DNA of 64,000 bases from a miscellaneous Crenarchaeota group-6 archaeon AD8-1 (GTDB taxonomy: Archaea; Thermoproteota; Bathyarchaeia; Bathyarchaeales; Bathycorpusculaceae): the NCBI GenBank assembly GCA_001273385.1, contig LFWW01000001.1:57-64056 (forward strand). Direction: 5' to 3'. This document shows, piece by piece, positions 37,699 to 45,657 of the stretch. The notes beneath the pieces were generated by a model. That model was not told the DNA's origin. It worked only from the letters and a program-made list of their open reading frames with translations, and did no database searches. Every line of letters starts with the position of its first letter. Within the stretch, counting starts at the first letter, position 1. A program made the position numbers and the translations under genes.

Positions 37699-38160
37699 TT
37701 AATTTTTCTTGTATCTTCTTCTATAGCTATCATAATCTGGAAGCAAACGTAAATACTCTTCATTCATTAATGGTGAAGAAATTAGAAAATCAGCTGATGC
37801 TCTATTGCAAGCAGTAGGTATATTCCACACAACTGCCATTCGTAAAAGAGCTTTTACATCTGGATCGTGAGATTGAGCTTCTAAAGGATCCCAAAAAAAT
37901 ATCAAGAAATCAATTTTCCCTTCACTAATTCGTGAGCCAACTTGCTGATCCCCTCCTAGGGGACCACTTTCGAAAATGATAATTTTTTTATTTAATTCTT
38001 CTTCAAGCAATTTGCCCGTTGTTCCAGTAGCATATAACCTATGCTCTAACAGAGTATTTTTATTAAATCTAACCCAATCAAGTAAACTTGCTTTCATGTT
38101 ATCATGTGCAACTAAAGCAATATTTTTTTTCTGATCTGATATAATTTCCTTACCTTTCAT
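37699..38160 (-). CDS. mgsA: Methylglyoxal synthase
   Basis: [52 protein letters not shown]. These are long runs identical to bacterial MgsA as I recall it. Confidence 0.9.
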   Translation of the reverse strand: MKGKEIISDQKKNIALVAHDNMKASLLDWVRFNKNTLLEHRLYATGTTGKLLEEELNKKIIIFESGPLGGDQQVGSRISEGKIDFLIFFWDPLEAQSHDPDVKALLRMAVVWNIPTACNRASADFLISSPLMNEEYLRLLPDYDSYRRRYKKN

Positions 38161-38338
38161 TGATAAATCTCCATTATTATTAATAACAACTCTAGGTATG
38201 TTTTAAAAAAGATATTTTAATGAATTATATAACCAATTCTTAATTATCTAATTTTATCAATATTATTAAATAAAAAAGGTTAAAAAATATTGGTATCAGA
38301 CTTCTATAGATAAATTAAATAATATTTTATTAAAAAAA

Positions 38339-38815
38339 TTAGAGTTTCTTCCCCATAATATAAGCATCTTCACCATCTGAATAATATCCATAACTAGTTC
38401 GAATTATTTCAAAACCTAGTTTTTTATATAATGCAACCCCAGCATCATTTGTTGCTCTAACTTCCAAATAACACTGCTTTGCTTTATAATTTAACATTCC
38501 TTTCATAGCAAATTCCATTAGTCCTTGAGCAACACCTTTACGTCTTCCATTAGGCAAAACAGCAATAGATACAACATGTCCCTTTCGAATCAAACCTTCA
38601 AATCCAAAATTAGACAATCCCACCTCTATCCGACACATTATATACCCAATGATTTTTCCCTCTTCTTGAGCTACAATATATGTTTCAGGAAATCGACGAT
38701 ATAAATCCATAAAAAATGCGTCTGAATAATTCTCAGGAAGGCAGATTCGATTAATCTTCATTACTGTTTGTAAGTCGTTTGGAGTGAATTTTCGCAATTT
38801 TATAGAGTTTTGCAT
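38339..38815 (-). CDS. rimI: GNAT N-acetyltransferase (RimI/Ard1-type N-terminal acetyltransferase)
   Basis: Acetyl-CoA motif GRRKGVAQGLM. 158 aa with typical RimI layout. Confidence 0.85.
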   Translation of the reverse strand: MQNSIKLRKFTPNDLQTVMKINRICLPENYSDAFFMDLYRRFPETYIVAQEEGKIIGYIMCRIEVGLSNFGFEGLIRKGHVVSIAVLPNGRRKGVAQGLMEFAMKGMLNYKAKQCYLEVRATNDAGVALYKKLGFEIIRTSYGYYSDGEDAYIMGKKL

Positions 38816-38904
38816 CTTTCTATGATATCGAATTTTCTAATAAAAACTTAAAGTTTACGCTCAAATCGGAAATATTTTTAGATTTTTTTAATATTCCTTT
38901 TTCC

Positions 38905-40173
38905 TTAATTTTGATTATTAATTATTGGCAGTGTATGATTTCCATGAGGCATTACCCAGACTTTAGAAGCAGATCCAGATATTTTTAATGCCTCTTTAAA
39001 GGCATCATTAACTGCTCTTGATGTTTTTAATTTAAAAACATCTGAAGCATAATAATCTGGAAGTGACGAAACCAAAATTATCGTATGATTTTTTAAAGCT
39101 TTTAATAAGTAATATGCTTTATGTCCTCCCATTATAAAATGTTGCTTAACTTCACGTTCAACCTTCTTTAAATCTCCAAAGTGCATCATCCATTCATAGA
39201 ATACTTGGTTCCCATGTCCTTCTGGGCATTCAGCCACCAGTATTATAACACCATTTCTTTTAACTGCCTCTAATGCATTATCTAATGCTTTATATGCTTG
39301 ATAGAGATCGATATCTCCAGGATGACCTCCAGCACTAACAACAACAATATCAGCTTTTCGATTTAGAACTATTCTATATAAATCGTCAACAAGTTTTACA
39401 GCTTGGTTGAAGGCTTCTTCCAAATCGCCCGCAAATGCTCTTACAATTTCTCCTTTACTATTCATAACAATATTTAATATGAAATCTACTCCAGCAAGTT
39501 TTGCTCCTTCAGTCATATCTTCGTGGACTGGATTTCCAAGAAGAATTCCAGTTCGTGCTTTTGAATTTAATAGCATAGCATGATTGTGTTGAATTGTCTC
39601 TGCACAGGAAATTGCTGGCATAACGCTTTTACGTCCCCCTCCATAACCAGCATAATAATGAAATCCCACATCACCAAGGAGGATTTTCAAATCAGCTTCT
39701 GCAAAAATACGATTAACTTTTACTTTTGTTCCATGAGATTTCGTTTTTCCTACATATACCAAATCTTCTGCTTTACAGCTATGACTCACGGTTTTTATCC
39801 GATTGCCCACTTCTCCAAGTAGGTTTTTTTCCTCTTCTGGTTTTACAGCTCTATGTGTCCCACAACCAAAAATTATCGTAATATCATTATCTGTTATACC
39901 AACAGAATTCAATTCTTCTAAAACAGGAAGAATCATTAACTCGCTTGGTGCATCCCTTGTGTGATCATCTACTACAATAGCCACTTTTTGCCCTTTTTTA
40001 GCTAGTTCATTCAATAGTTTTGATCCAAATGGTTCTTTTAATGCTCTCCTAATTTCTGCTAAAGGATCAGAAACCCCTTCCATTTCCTTGGGTTCGACTG
40101 AACCCAAGAGATTACGAGCAGGAATTCTAACACAAAGATTACTCTTTCCATATGGAAGCCAAACATCGACCAT
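38905..40173 (-). CDS. LarA-like (DUF2088) nickel-pincer-dependent lactate racemase family protein
   Basis: VVDDHTRDAP, GCGTHR, and the ~420-aa two-domain layout of LarA homologues. No larB/C/E in the window. Confidence 0.75.
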   Translation of the reverse strand: MVDVWLPYGKSNLCVRIPARNLLGSVEPKEMEGVSDPLAEIRRALKEPFGSKLLNELAKKGQKVAIVVDDHTRDAPSELMILPVLEELNSVGITDNDITIIFGCGTHRAVKPEEEKNLLGEVGNRIKTVSHSCKAEDLVYVGKTKSHGTKVKVNRIFAEADLKILLGDVGFHYYAGYGGGRKSVMPAISCAETIQHNHAMLLNSKARTGILLGNPVHEDMTEGAKLAGVDFILNIVMNSKGEIVRAFAGDLEEAFNQAVKLVDDLYRIVLNRKADIVVVSAGGHPGDIDLYQAYKALDNALEAVKRNGVIILVAECPEGHGNQVFYEWMMHFGDLKKVEREVKQHFIMGGHKAYYLLKALKNHTIILVSSLPDYYASDVFKLKTSRAVNDAFKEALKISGSASKVWVMPHGNHTLPIINNQN

Positions 40174-40317
40174 AAAATATCACGTGATTCTTATTGAAAA
40201 GAAAATAAATTGCATCTATTAAGCATTATCAAATTAAATCGATATCCTTTTTTCTTATTCAAATATCCAAAATAACCTGAATAAAAAAAATTCATTAATT
40301 AATTATAGAAACTCAAT

Positions 40318-40337
40318 TCTGAAATATTATTATTTCA
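40318..40337. promoter_or_regulatory. 20-nt perfect palindrome in a divergent promoter region
   Basis: ctgaaata-ttat-tatttcag lies between the larA-like gene (minus) and the MBL hydrolase gene (plus). Confidence 0.25.
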
Positions 40338-40391
40338 GCAAAAAAACTTTAAACTAAAAAATAAATAATATGTCAAAGTGAAAAATCATCA

Positions 40392-41081
40392 ATGCCAATT
40401 AACAATACTCCAGAAGAAAACTCCATTCTTTTTGTTTGGTTTAATCATTATTCAGGTGTATTAATTAAAACTCCTTCAAAAACTCTGGTAATCGATCCTG
40501 TGGATATAAGATCACGAAGTTTTCCTAATGCTGATGCTGTTTTAATAACTCATGAACATTATGATCATTTGGATCAGAGGCTGATTAAAGAAATTCAAAA
40601 AAATACTCAATGTAAAATAATTGCTGATCCCGCTTCTAAGAATAGATTACAACACCTGATTCCTCAAGATATGTTAACTGAAATTAATCCAGGATCTGAA
40701 ATTAAACTTGGGAGTGTTTCTATAAAAGCAGAAAAATGTAATCATCCAGCTTCTGATCCTGTAACCTATATAATAAAAAGTGAGGATAATGTTAAAATCT
40801 TTCATACTGCTGACAGTTTACCATTTGAAGAATTAGAGATGATTGGTATAAGAGAAAGATTTGATGTTGTTTTTTGCACAGTAGGAATTGCTCCTGGTGC
40901 TTCCCCGGAGACAGGATTTGAAATAGCTCGTTTGACAAAACCGCAAGTTGCTGTTCCTTATCATGCAAACTCAGTTGCTTATCAACAAAAATTTGAGGAG
41001 TTAGTTAAGGAACAACTGCCAGGAACAACTTGTTTGATTCCTGAACTGAACAAAATATATCAGGTTTCAAAGAAAAAATAA
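40392..41081 (+). CDS. Metallo-beta-lactamase fold hydrolase
   Basis: HxHxDH motif ITHEHYDHLD plus downstream His/Asp ligands (KCNHPA, FHTADS, YHAN). Confidence 0.75.
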   Translation: MPINNTPEENSILFVWFNHYSGVLIKTPSKTLVIDPVDIRSRSFPNADAVLITHEHYDHLDQRLIKEIQKNTQCKIIADPASKNRLQHLIPQDMLTEINPGSEIKLGSVSIKAEKCNHPASDPVTYIIKSEDNVKIFHTADSLPFEELEMIGIRERFDVVFCTVGIAPGASPETGFEIARLTKPQVAVPYHANSVAYQQKFEELVKEQLPGTTCLIPELNKIYQVSKKK

Positions 41082-41256
41082 TTTTATATTACTAAAAAAT
41101 GGAAAAATATCTTGAAGATTATTATTTTTAATAATTAGGATTATATGGTTTGCAATTCAAAAGATAAATTTTTTGTCGATTACATTTTTTAATCTTTTTA
41201 TTTTTCTAGGAATGATGGTTAATGACTAAAAAAGAAATATATGAAATATTCTTATT

Positions 41257-41829
41257 CTATAGTGTTTCTTCGTCATAGAATATTAATTCTTTTTCTTCTA
41301 GTAATTCATGTAGTTTTTCAACTGAAATGTATACATCTTCTTCTTTTTTGGCTCCTGTGCATACTAGTTTTCCGCTTGCAAAAAGTAAAATTACAACTTT
41401 TGGTTCTGCCATTCTATAGATTAGTCCTGGAAATTGTTCAGGTTCATACATTGTTTTTTCGAGGGTATATGCTGCTTTTTCTAAATCAATCATTCCACCT
41501 AAACTTGCTGAAGCAACAATATTTTGGATTTTTAATTCCGGTTTGCTTATGATTATTATTCCTCCTTTTTTTAACTCTTTAACAACTTTCATGACCGCTC
41601 TACGTGATTCTTTTTCTGACTTTGCGCCTGTGCATACCATTTTTCCAGAGTTGAAAATTAGAGTGGCTGTTTTTGGTCTCTTTAATCTAAATACTAACCC
41701 TGGAAATTGTTCTGGACGATATTCCACGCTTGGATATCCTTTTACTACTGCATTTAAATCGACTTTTTGGTTTAATGTAGCAGAAGCAACAACATTTTCG
41801 ATACGAATTGTAGCTTTAGTTTTTGGCAT
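41257..41829 (-). CDS. tbp: TATA-box binding protein
   Basis: Two direct repeats with EQFPGLVFRL / EQFPGLIYRM and SGKMVCTGAKS / SGKLVCTGAKK. Acidic tail. The antisense ORFs 41241..41552 and 41543..41848 are rejected. Confidence 0.95.
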   Translation of the reverse strand: MPKTKATIRIENVVASATLNQKVDLNAVVKGYPSVEYRPEQFPGLVFRLKRPKTATLIFNSGKMVCTGAKSEKESRRAVMKVVKELKKGGIIIISKPELKIQNIVASASLGGMIDLEKAAYTLEKTMYEPEQFPGLIYRMAEPKVVILLFASGKLVCTGAKKEEDVYISVEKLHELLEEKELIFYDEETL

Positions 41830-41913
41830 AAAATTACCCTCTTTTTAATTTTGATACTTCATCATTTTATAAAAACGGGTCTATTTATAAATACATCTAT
41901 CAATATTAAAATT

Positions 41914-42561
41914 TCAAAGAATTTCTGTTTTTTTGGATTCTTCTACTTTCCTGTTATCTTTTTTCTTAAAAATTGGTATTATAAACTCTGCTATAATTAG
42001 AAATGCTATTAATCCTATAACTAGGGGCAATCCTATACCATTTCGCATAAATAAAACAAAATGACCAATCCAAGGAATACGCATTATAACTTTTCCAACA
42101 ACTAAATCTTCTGATACCTCCCAAGGATCCAATTCACTGGGTATATCTGGCCATCTTATGTTTGAATTTCCATCACCTTTTGTGGAAAAATATATTATCC
42201 CTTCTCTTTCTTCTTTTTCAACTATTCTATGAACAATCAATTCACTTTTATCATATGGTTTATGAAAAACAATTATGTCACTGTTAGGATAATTAGACTT
42301 TAGGTTTGAGGCTTCAGTTCCTTGAACAATTATTAAATCACCTATATGTAAGGTTTGCGAAAAAGGATGTGACCACCCATCACATCTTCCATTATAGGGA
42401 ACACACATGCTTCCGCTTACAACAGCCAACGCGGGATAAGAAGTATTTAGTACAGCTCGCGAACCAATCCAAAATCCAAAAACTATTATCGCGATGATAC
42501 CTATGATTATAGCCGTCTGTACATGTTCATTTTTCCATGCTTTTTTGAGCTTATCGATCAA
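41914..42561 (-). CDS. Signal peptidase I (archaeal/Sec11 type)
   Basis: N-terminal TM helix, catalytic Ser box VVSGSM, GDLIIV, His box LIVHRIV, C-terminal TM helix. A Cys-containing insert follows the Ser box. Confidence 0.8.
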   Translation of the reverse strand: MIDKLKKAWKNEHVQTAIIIGIIAIIVFGFWIGSRAVLNTSYPALAVVSGSMCVPYNGRCDGWSHPFSQTLHIGDLIIVQGTEASNLKSNYPNSDIIVFHKPYDKSELIVHRIVEKEEREGIIYFSTKGDGNSNIRWPDIPSELDPWEVSEDLVVGKVIMRIPWIGHFVLFMRNGIGLPLVIGLIAFLIIAEFIIPIFKKKDNRKVEESKKTEIL

Positions 42562-42716
42562 ATTCTGTTGTCACATCTGAATCCTAAATGTATTGTTCAA
42601 TAAGATCTTTTTACATTAATACATGTTGTTATTTAAAAAAGGAAGGGTAAAGTAAACTATAAATTTTATACTTAACCCTAAGTTGACGAATAGTTTTTAG
42701 TAATTATTTGAGTTTT

Positions 42717-42887
42717 TTATATTTTTTGTTTGCTTAATACCTCTCTGAAACTAGCTCCACAATTGGGACATTTGTATAATCCAATTTCTAGTTGCATTCG
42801 CATTCCTTGCTTATCAGGACGACCAGCCATTTTCCAAGTCTTCTTCGGTGTTTGGTTTCCAGTTCCACATTTAGGACAATTACCCAC
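42717..42887 (-). CDS. 56-aa zinc-ribbon micro-protein
   Basis: Not in the ORF track. GTG start 9 nt after GGAGG. Translates to VGNCPKCGTGNQTPKKTWKMAGRPDKQGMRMQLEIGLYKCPNCGASFREVLSKQKI, with two CxxC pairs. It replaces the implausible plus-strand ORF 42730..43008. Confidence 0.5.
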   Translation of the reverse strand: MGNCPKCGTGNQTPKKTWKMAGRPDKQGMRMQLEIGLYKCPNCGASFREVLSKQKI

Positions 42888-43168
42888 TTTTTATTTCCTC
42901 CATAAATTTACCTTTCAAGGTTTTTTAATATTAAACATATATAATTTTCCATGCTTTTCAAATCTAATCATGGATTTTTATCATAATAATTATACAAATA
43001 TATGTTAAAAAGTAGACGCTCTCTTCTTATTGATTACTTAAATTTTTCTTAATTTCTATCGATAATATTGTAATTTAAAATAAGGCAAGATTCTAAGGAC
43101 AGGGTTAATCAAAGTTCTATTCTTTAGATCTTGTCAATAAATTATAAAACTAACATTATTTCTGAAGA

Positions 43169-43888
43169 TTAAGTTCCATTTTTCTTAGCTTTTTCTGTTT
43201 TTTCAGGGGATCGAAAAGTTTCAATAAAATCAATCCTTAATATTCCATCTATAAGTCTCTGAATATCCATGGCAATACCCCTTTTTGCAATTTGGATACC
43301 CTCAATATAGAAAGTATTCTCAGGCATATTAATAGCTAATTCATTTCCTTTTAAACTAATTCCAAATTTTGTTTGATCAGCTTCTGGGATTCTACGGTGA
43401 ATTAGAGCTTCAATTTTTTCTTTTTTTATTTTGATTTTCTTCTCAACGATAGCTTCATAAATAAGAGTTTTTCCTGCTAGAGGTGGATTGAAATCTAATA
43501 ATACTCTTCCAGCTCCAATTGAACGTACAATTGCCATTTTTCCATTATATTCTACTCTCATTCCAATTGTGGGATTTTTTCCTTTTGACATTAAATGTTT
43601 TAATGGAACGCGTTTAATCTTTTCAGGCTCTCTTTGACCAAAGGCTTTTTCAGGCGGAATTTCAATTGTTTGAGATTTTCCTAATTTCATTTTTAGAAGA
43701 GCTTCATCAAGGGGTTTTAACACCCAACCCTCACCTACGACAATAAGTTTGGTTTCATAAACTTCGCCTTCTTTGTAAAGTTGTTCTTTTTTTGCTGTCT
43801 CTTCAAAAGTGGTATCAAAAACTTCTCCAGTTTCTTTAACTTTTGCTGAATAATTTAATAAAATGAAATCTCCTTTTAAAAACGTCAT
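43169..43888 (-). CDS. FKBP-type peptidyl-prolyl cis-trans isomerase, long archaeal type with IF insert and C-terminal domain
   Basis: LLNYSAKVKETGEVFDTT, IF-flap region, GRVLLDFNPPLAGKTLIYE, about 90 aa of extra C-terminal domain. Confidence 0.85.
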   Translation of the reverse strand: MTFLKGDFILLNYSAKVKETGEVFDTTFEETAKKEQLYKEGEVYETKLIVVGEGWVLKPLDEALLKMKLGKSQTIEIPPEKAFGQREPEKIKRVPLKHLMSKGKNPTIGMRVEYNGKMAIVRSIGAGRVLLDFNPPLAGKTLIYEAIVEKKIKIKKEKIEALIHRRIPEADQTKFGISLKGNELAINMPENTFYIEGIQIAKRGIAMDIQRLIDGILRIDFIETFRSPEKTEKAKKNGT

Positions 43889-44055
43889 TCTAATTCAGTC
43901 CTATTCTAACGATTCAAAGGTAAGTTTAACACAATAATAAAAAGATTATCTTCCTTTAATTAGATATTAGATTTATTATCTTCATTCTTCAAATGGATTG
44001 ATTTAGAAATTTTAATATGAGTTAAGAAAATTTGCTAAAATCTTTATAGATAAAA

Positions 44056-45657
44056 TTATGATTTAAATTGAGATCTTAATTTCATTTGTCTTCTTTTTTT
44101 ATTATAACTTATCGAAAAAATATGTGCCGAATCACGAATTTGTCTTAAGAGGCGCATCATTTTTTTATTTGGATTAAAATTTAAAGGTGAATTTGAATAA
44201 GGAAGGTAAATCTCTTCTTGTTTTTTTGCTAAACCTATTACAAATGTGTCTAAATTTAATGATTCTAAAGCTTTTTTTGCTGCTTTAATTTGGCCTAAGC
44301 CTCCATCAATAAGAATTAAATCAGGCATTTTACTGCCTTCCTTTTTTAATTTTTTGTATCTTCTTGTTACAACTTCATTTACTGCTGCAAAATCATCTTG
44401 TCCAACAAATGTTTTAATTTTAAACTTTCGATAATTCTCTTTGTCTGGTTTACCATTTTTATAACGAACCATTCCTGATACGACATGCTCTTCACCCAGA
44501 TTTGATATATCAAAACATTCAATTATTTTAGGAAGAGTAGGTAGATTTAGAGCAGTTTGCAAATCTAGCAATAAATTATTATTTTCTGAATATGGATCAA
44601 GATTTTTTTCGGCTAATTTAACTAAATTTTGTTTTTCAGGTTTTTTAGGAATTAATAATTTTACCTTTACTCCTCTTTTTAATGACAAAAATTCTTCCAA
44701 GGCTCTTTTTTCATCATTATCTTTCCAACATGGTTGATTCAATAATATTTCATGAGGTATTTTATTGGTATTATAGAATGCTTTTAGAAAATCTTGTTCA
44801 AGGTTAAGTTGATAATCTAAAGAAAAATCTTTTTTCCCTAAAAGGACTCCTTTTCTGATACTCATTTGTACAACTAATAGTCTCTCGTCTATTGTTTTGA
44901 AAACTATAACATCTTGATCAAATAATCTTTCTTTATCAACTATCTGATTTTGGATAAGAAGTCGAATTGAGGATATTAAATTTCTTAATTCAATTGCAGA
45001 TTCAAAATTTTTTGATATTGATGCTTGATGCATTTGATTTATTAGTTCTTTGATTGTTTCTTCATAATTTCCCTTTAGAAAAGAACGAGCTTTTTCTACC
45101 TGTATTGCATATTTTTTTTCGGATACTTTTCCGATACAGGGTGCAGTGCATAAATTGATATGATAATTTAAACAAGCCCTTTTAGGAAATTTTTTGCAAA
45201 CTCGAAGTTTAAAAATTTTTATAACTAATCTTTGTAGATCCTGACGAGTGAATCCATCAGGATAAGGTCCAAATGATTCTAATTTTTGAGAGACTTTGCG
45301 GGAGCTAAGAACTCTTGGAAATTTCTCTTTTGTAAGGGAAATATATGCAAATGTTTTTGCATCTTTAAGATCAATATTATATTTGGGTTTATTTTCTTTG
45401 ACTAGCCTATTTTCTAATAACAGAGCTTCAGTTTCATTATTAACGATGATCCAATCGATACTTTTTATTTTAGATACAAGGTGTTGAGTTTTAATAGGTT
45501 TTCTTGAAGAATTAAAATAACTGCGAACCCTTGATCTTAATTTTTTTGCTTTTCCAATGTACAAAAGATTGCCATCAATATCTCGAAATAGATATACACC
45601 AGGATCTAAAGGTAGATCAGAACTATTGAAGCTTGCAGATCCAGATATATCTATCAT
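44056..45657 (-). CDS. uvrC: Excinuclease ABC subunit C (short form without a C-terminal HhH2 domain)
   Basis: GIY-YIG GVYLFRDIDGNLLYIGKAKKLRSRVRSYF, Cys cluster CKKFPKRACLNYHINLCTAPC, UVR domain, RNase H-like endonuclease domain. It ends right after RDSAHIFSISYNKKRR. Confidence 0.9.
   Translation of the reverse strand: MIDISGSASFNSSDLPLDPGVYLFRDIDGNLLYIGKAKKLRSRVRSYFNSSRKPIKTQHLVSKIKSIDWIIVNNETEALLLENRLVKENKPKYNIDLKDAKTFAYISLTKEKFPRVLSSRKVSQKLESFGPYPDGFTRQDLQRLVIKIFKLRVCKKFPKRACLNYHINLCTAPCIGKVSEKKYAIQVEKARSFLKGNYEETIKELINQMHQASISKNFESAIELRNLISSIRLLIQNQIVDKERLFDQDVIVFKTIDERLLVVQMSIRKGVLLGKKDFSLDYQLNLEQDFLKAFYNTNKIPHEILLNQPCWKDNDEKRALEEFLSLKRGVKVKLLIPKKPEKQNLVKLAEKNLDPYSENNNLLLDLQTALNLPTLPKIIECFDISNLGEEHVVSGMVRYKNGKPDKENYRKFKIKTFVGQDDFAAVNEVVTRRYKKLKKEGSKMPDLILIDGGLGQIKAAKKALESLNLDTFVIGLAKKQEEIYLPYSNSPLNFNPNKKMMRLLRQIRDSAHIFSISYNKKRRQMKLRSQFKS

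Noticed and set aside
41241-41848. Two plus-strand ORFs (103 and 101 aa) opposite the TBP gene
   Set aside because: TBP on the minus strand is unambiguous. The plus-strand translations are low-complexity Leu/Phe-rich.
42730-43008. 92-aa plus-strand ORF from the ORF track
   Set aside because: The translation is implausible and there is no ribosome-binding site. The minus strand of the same DNA encodes a well-formed zinc-ribbon micro-protein with a GGAGG box.
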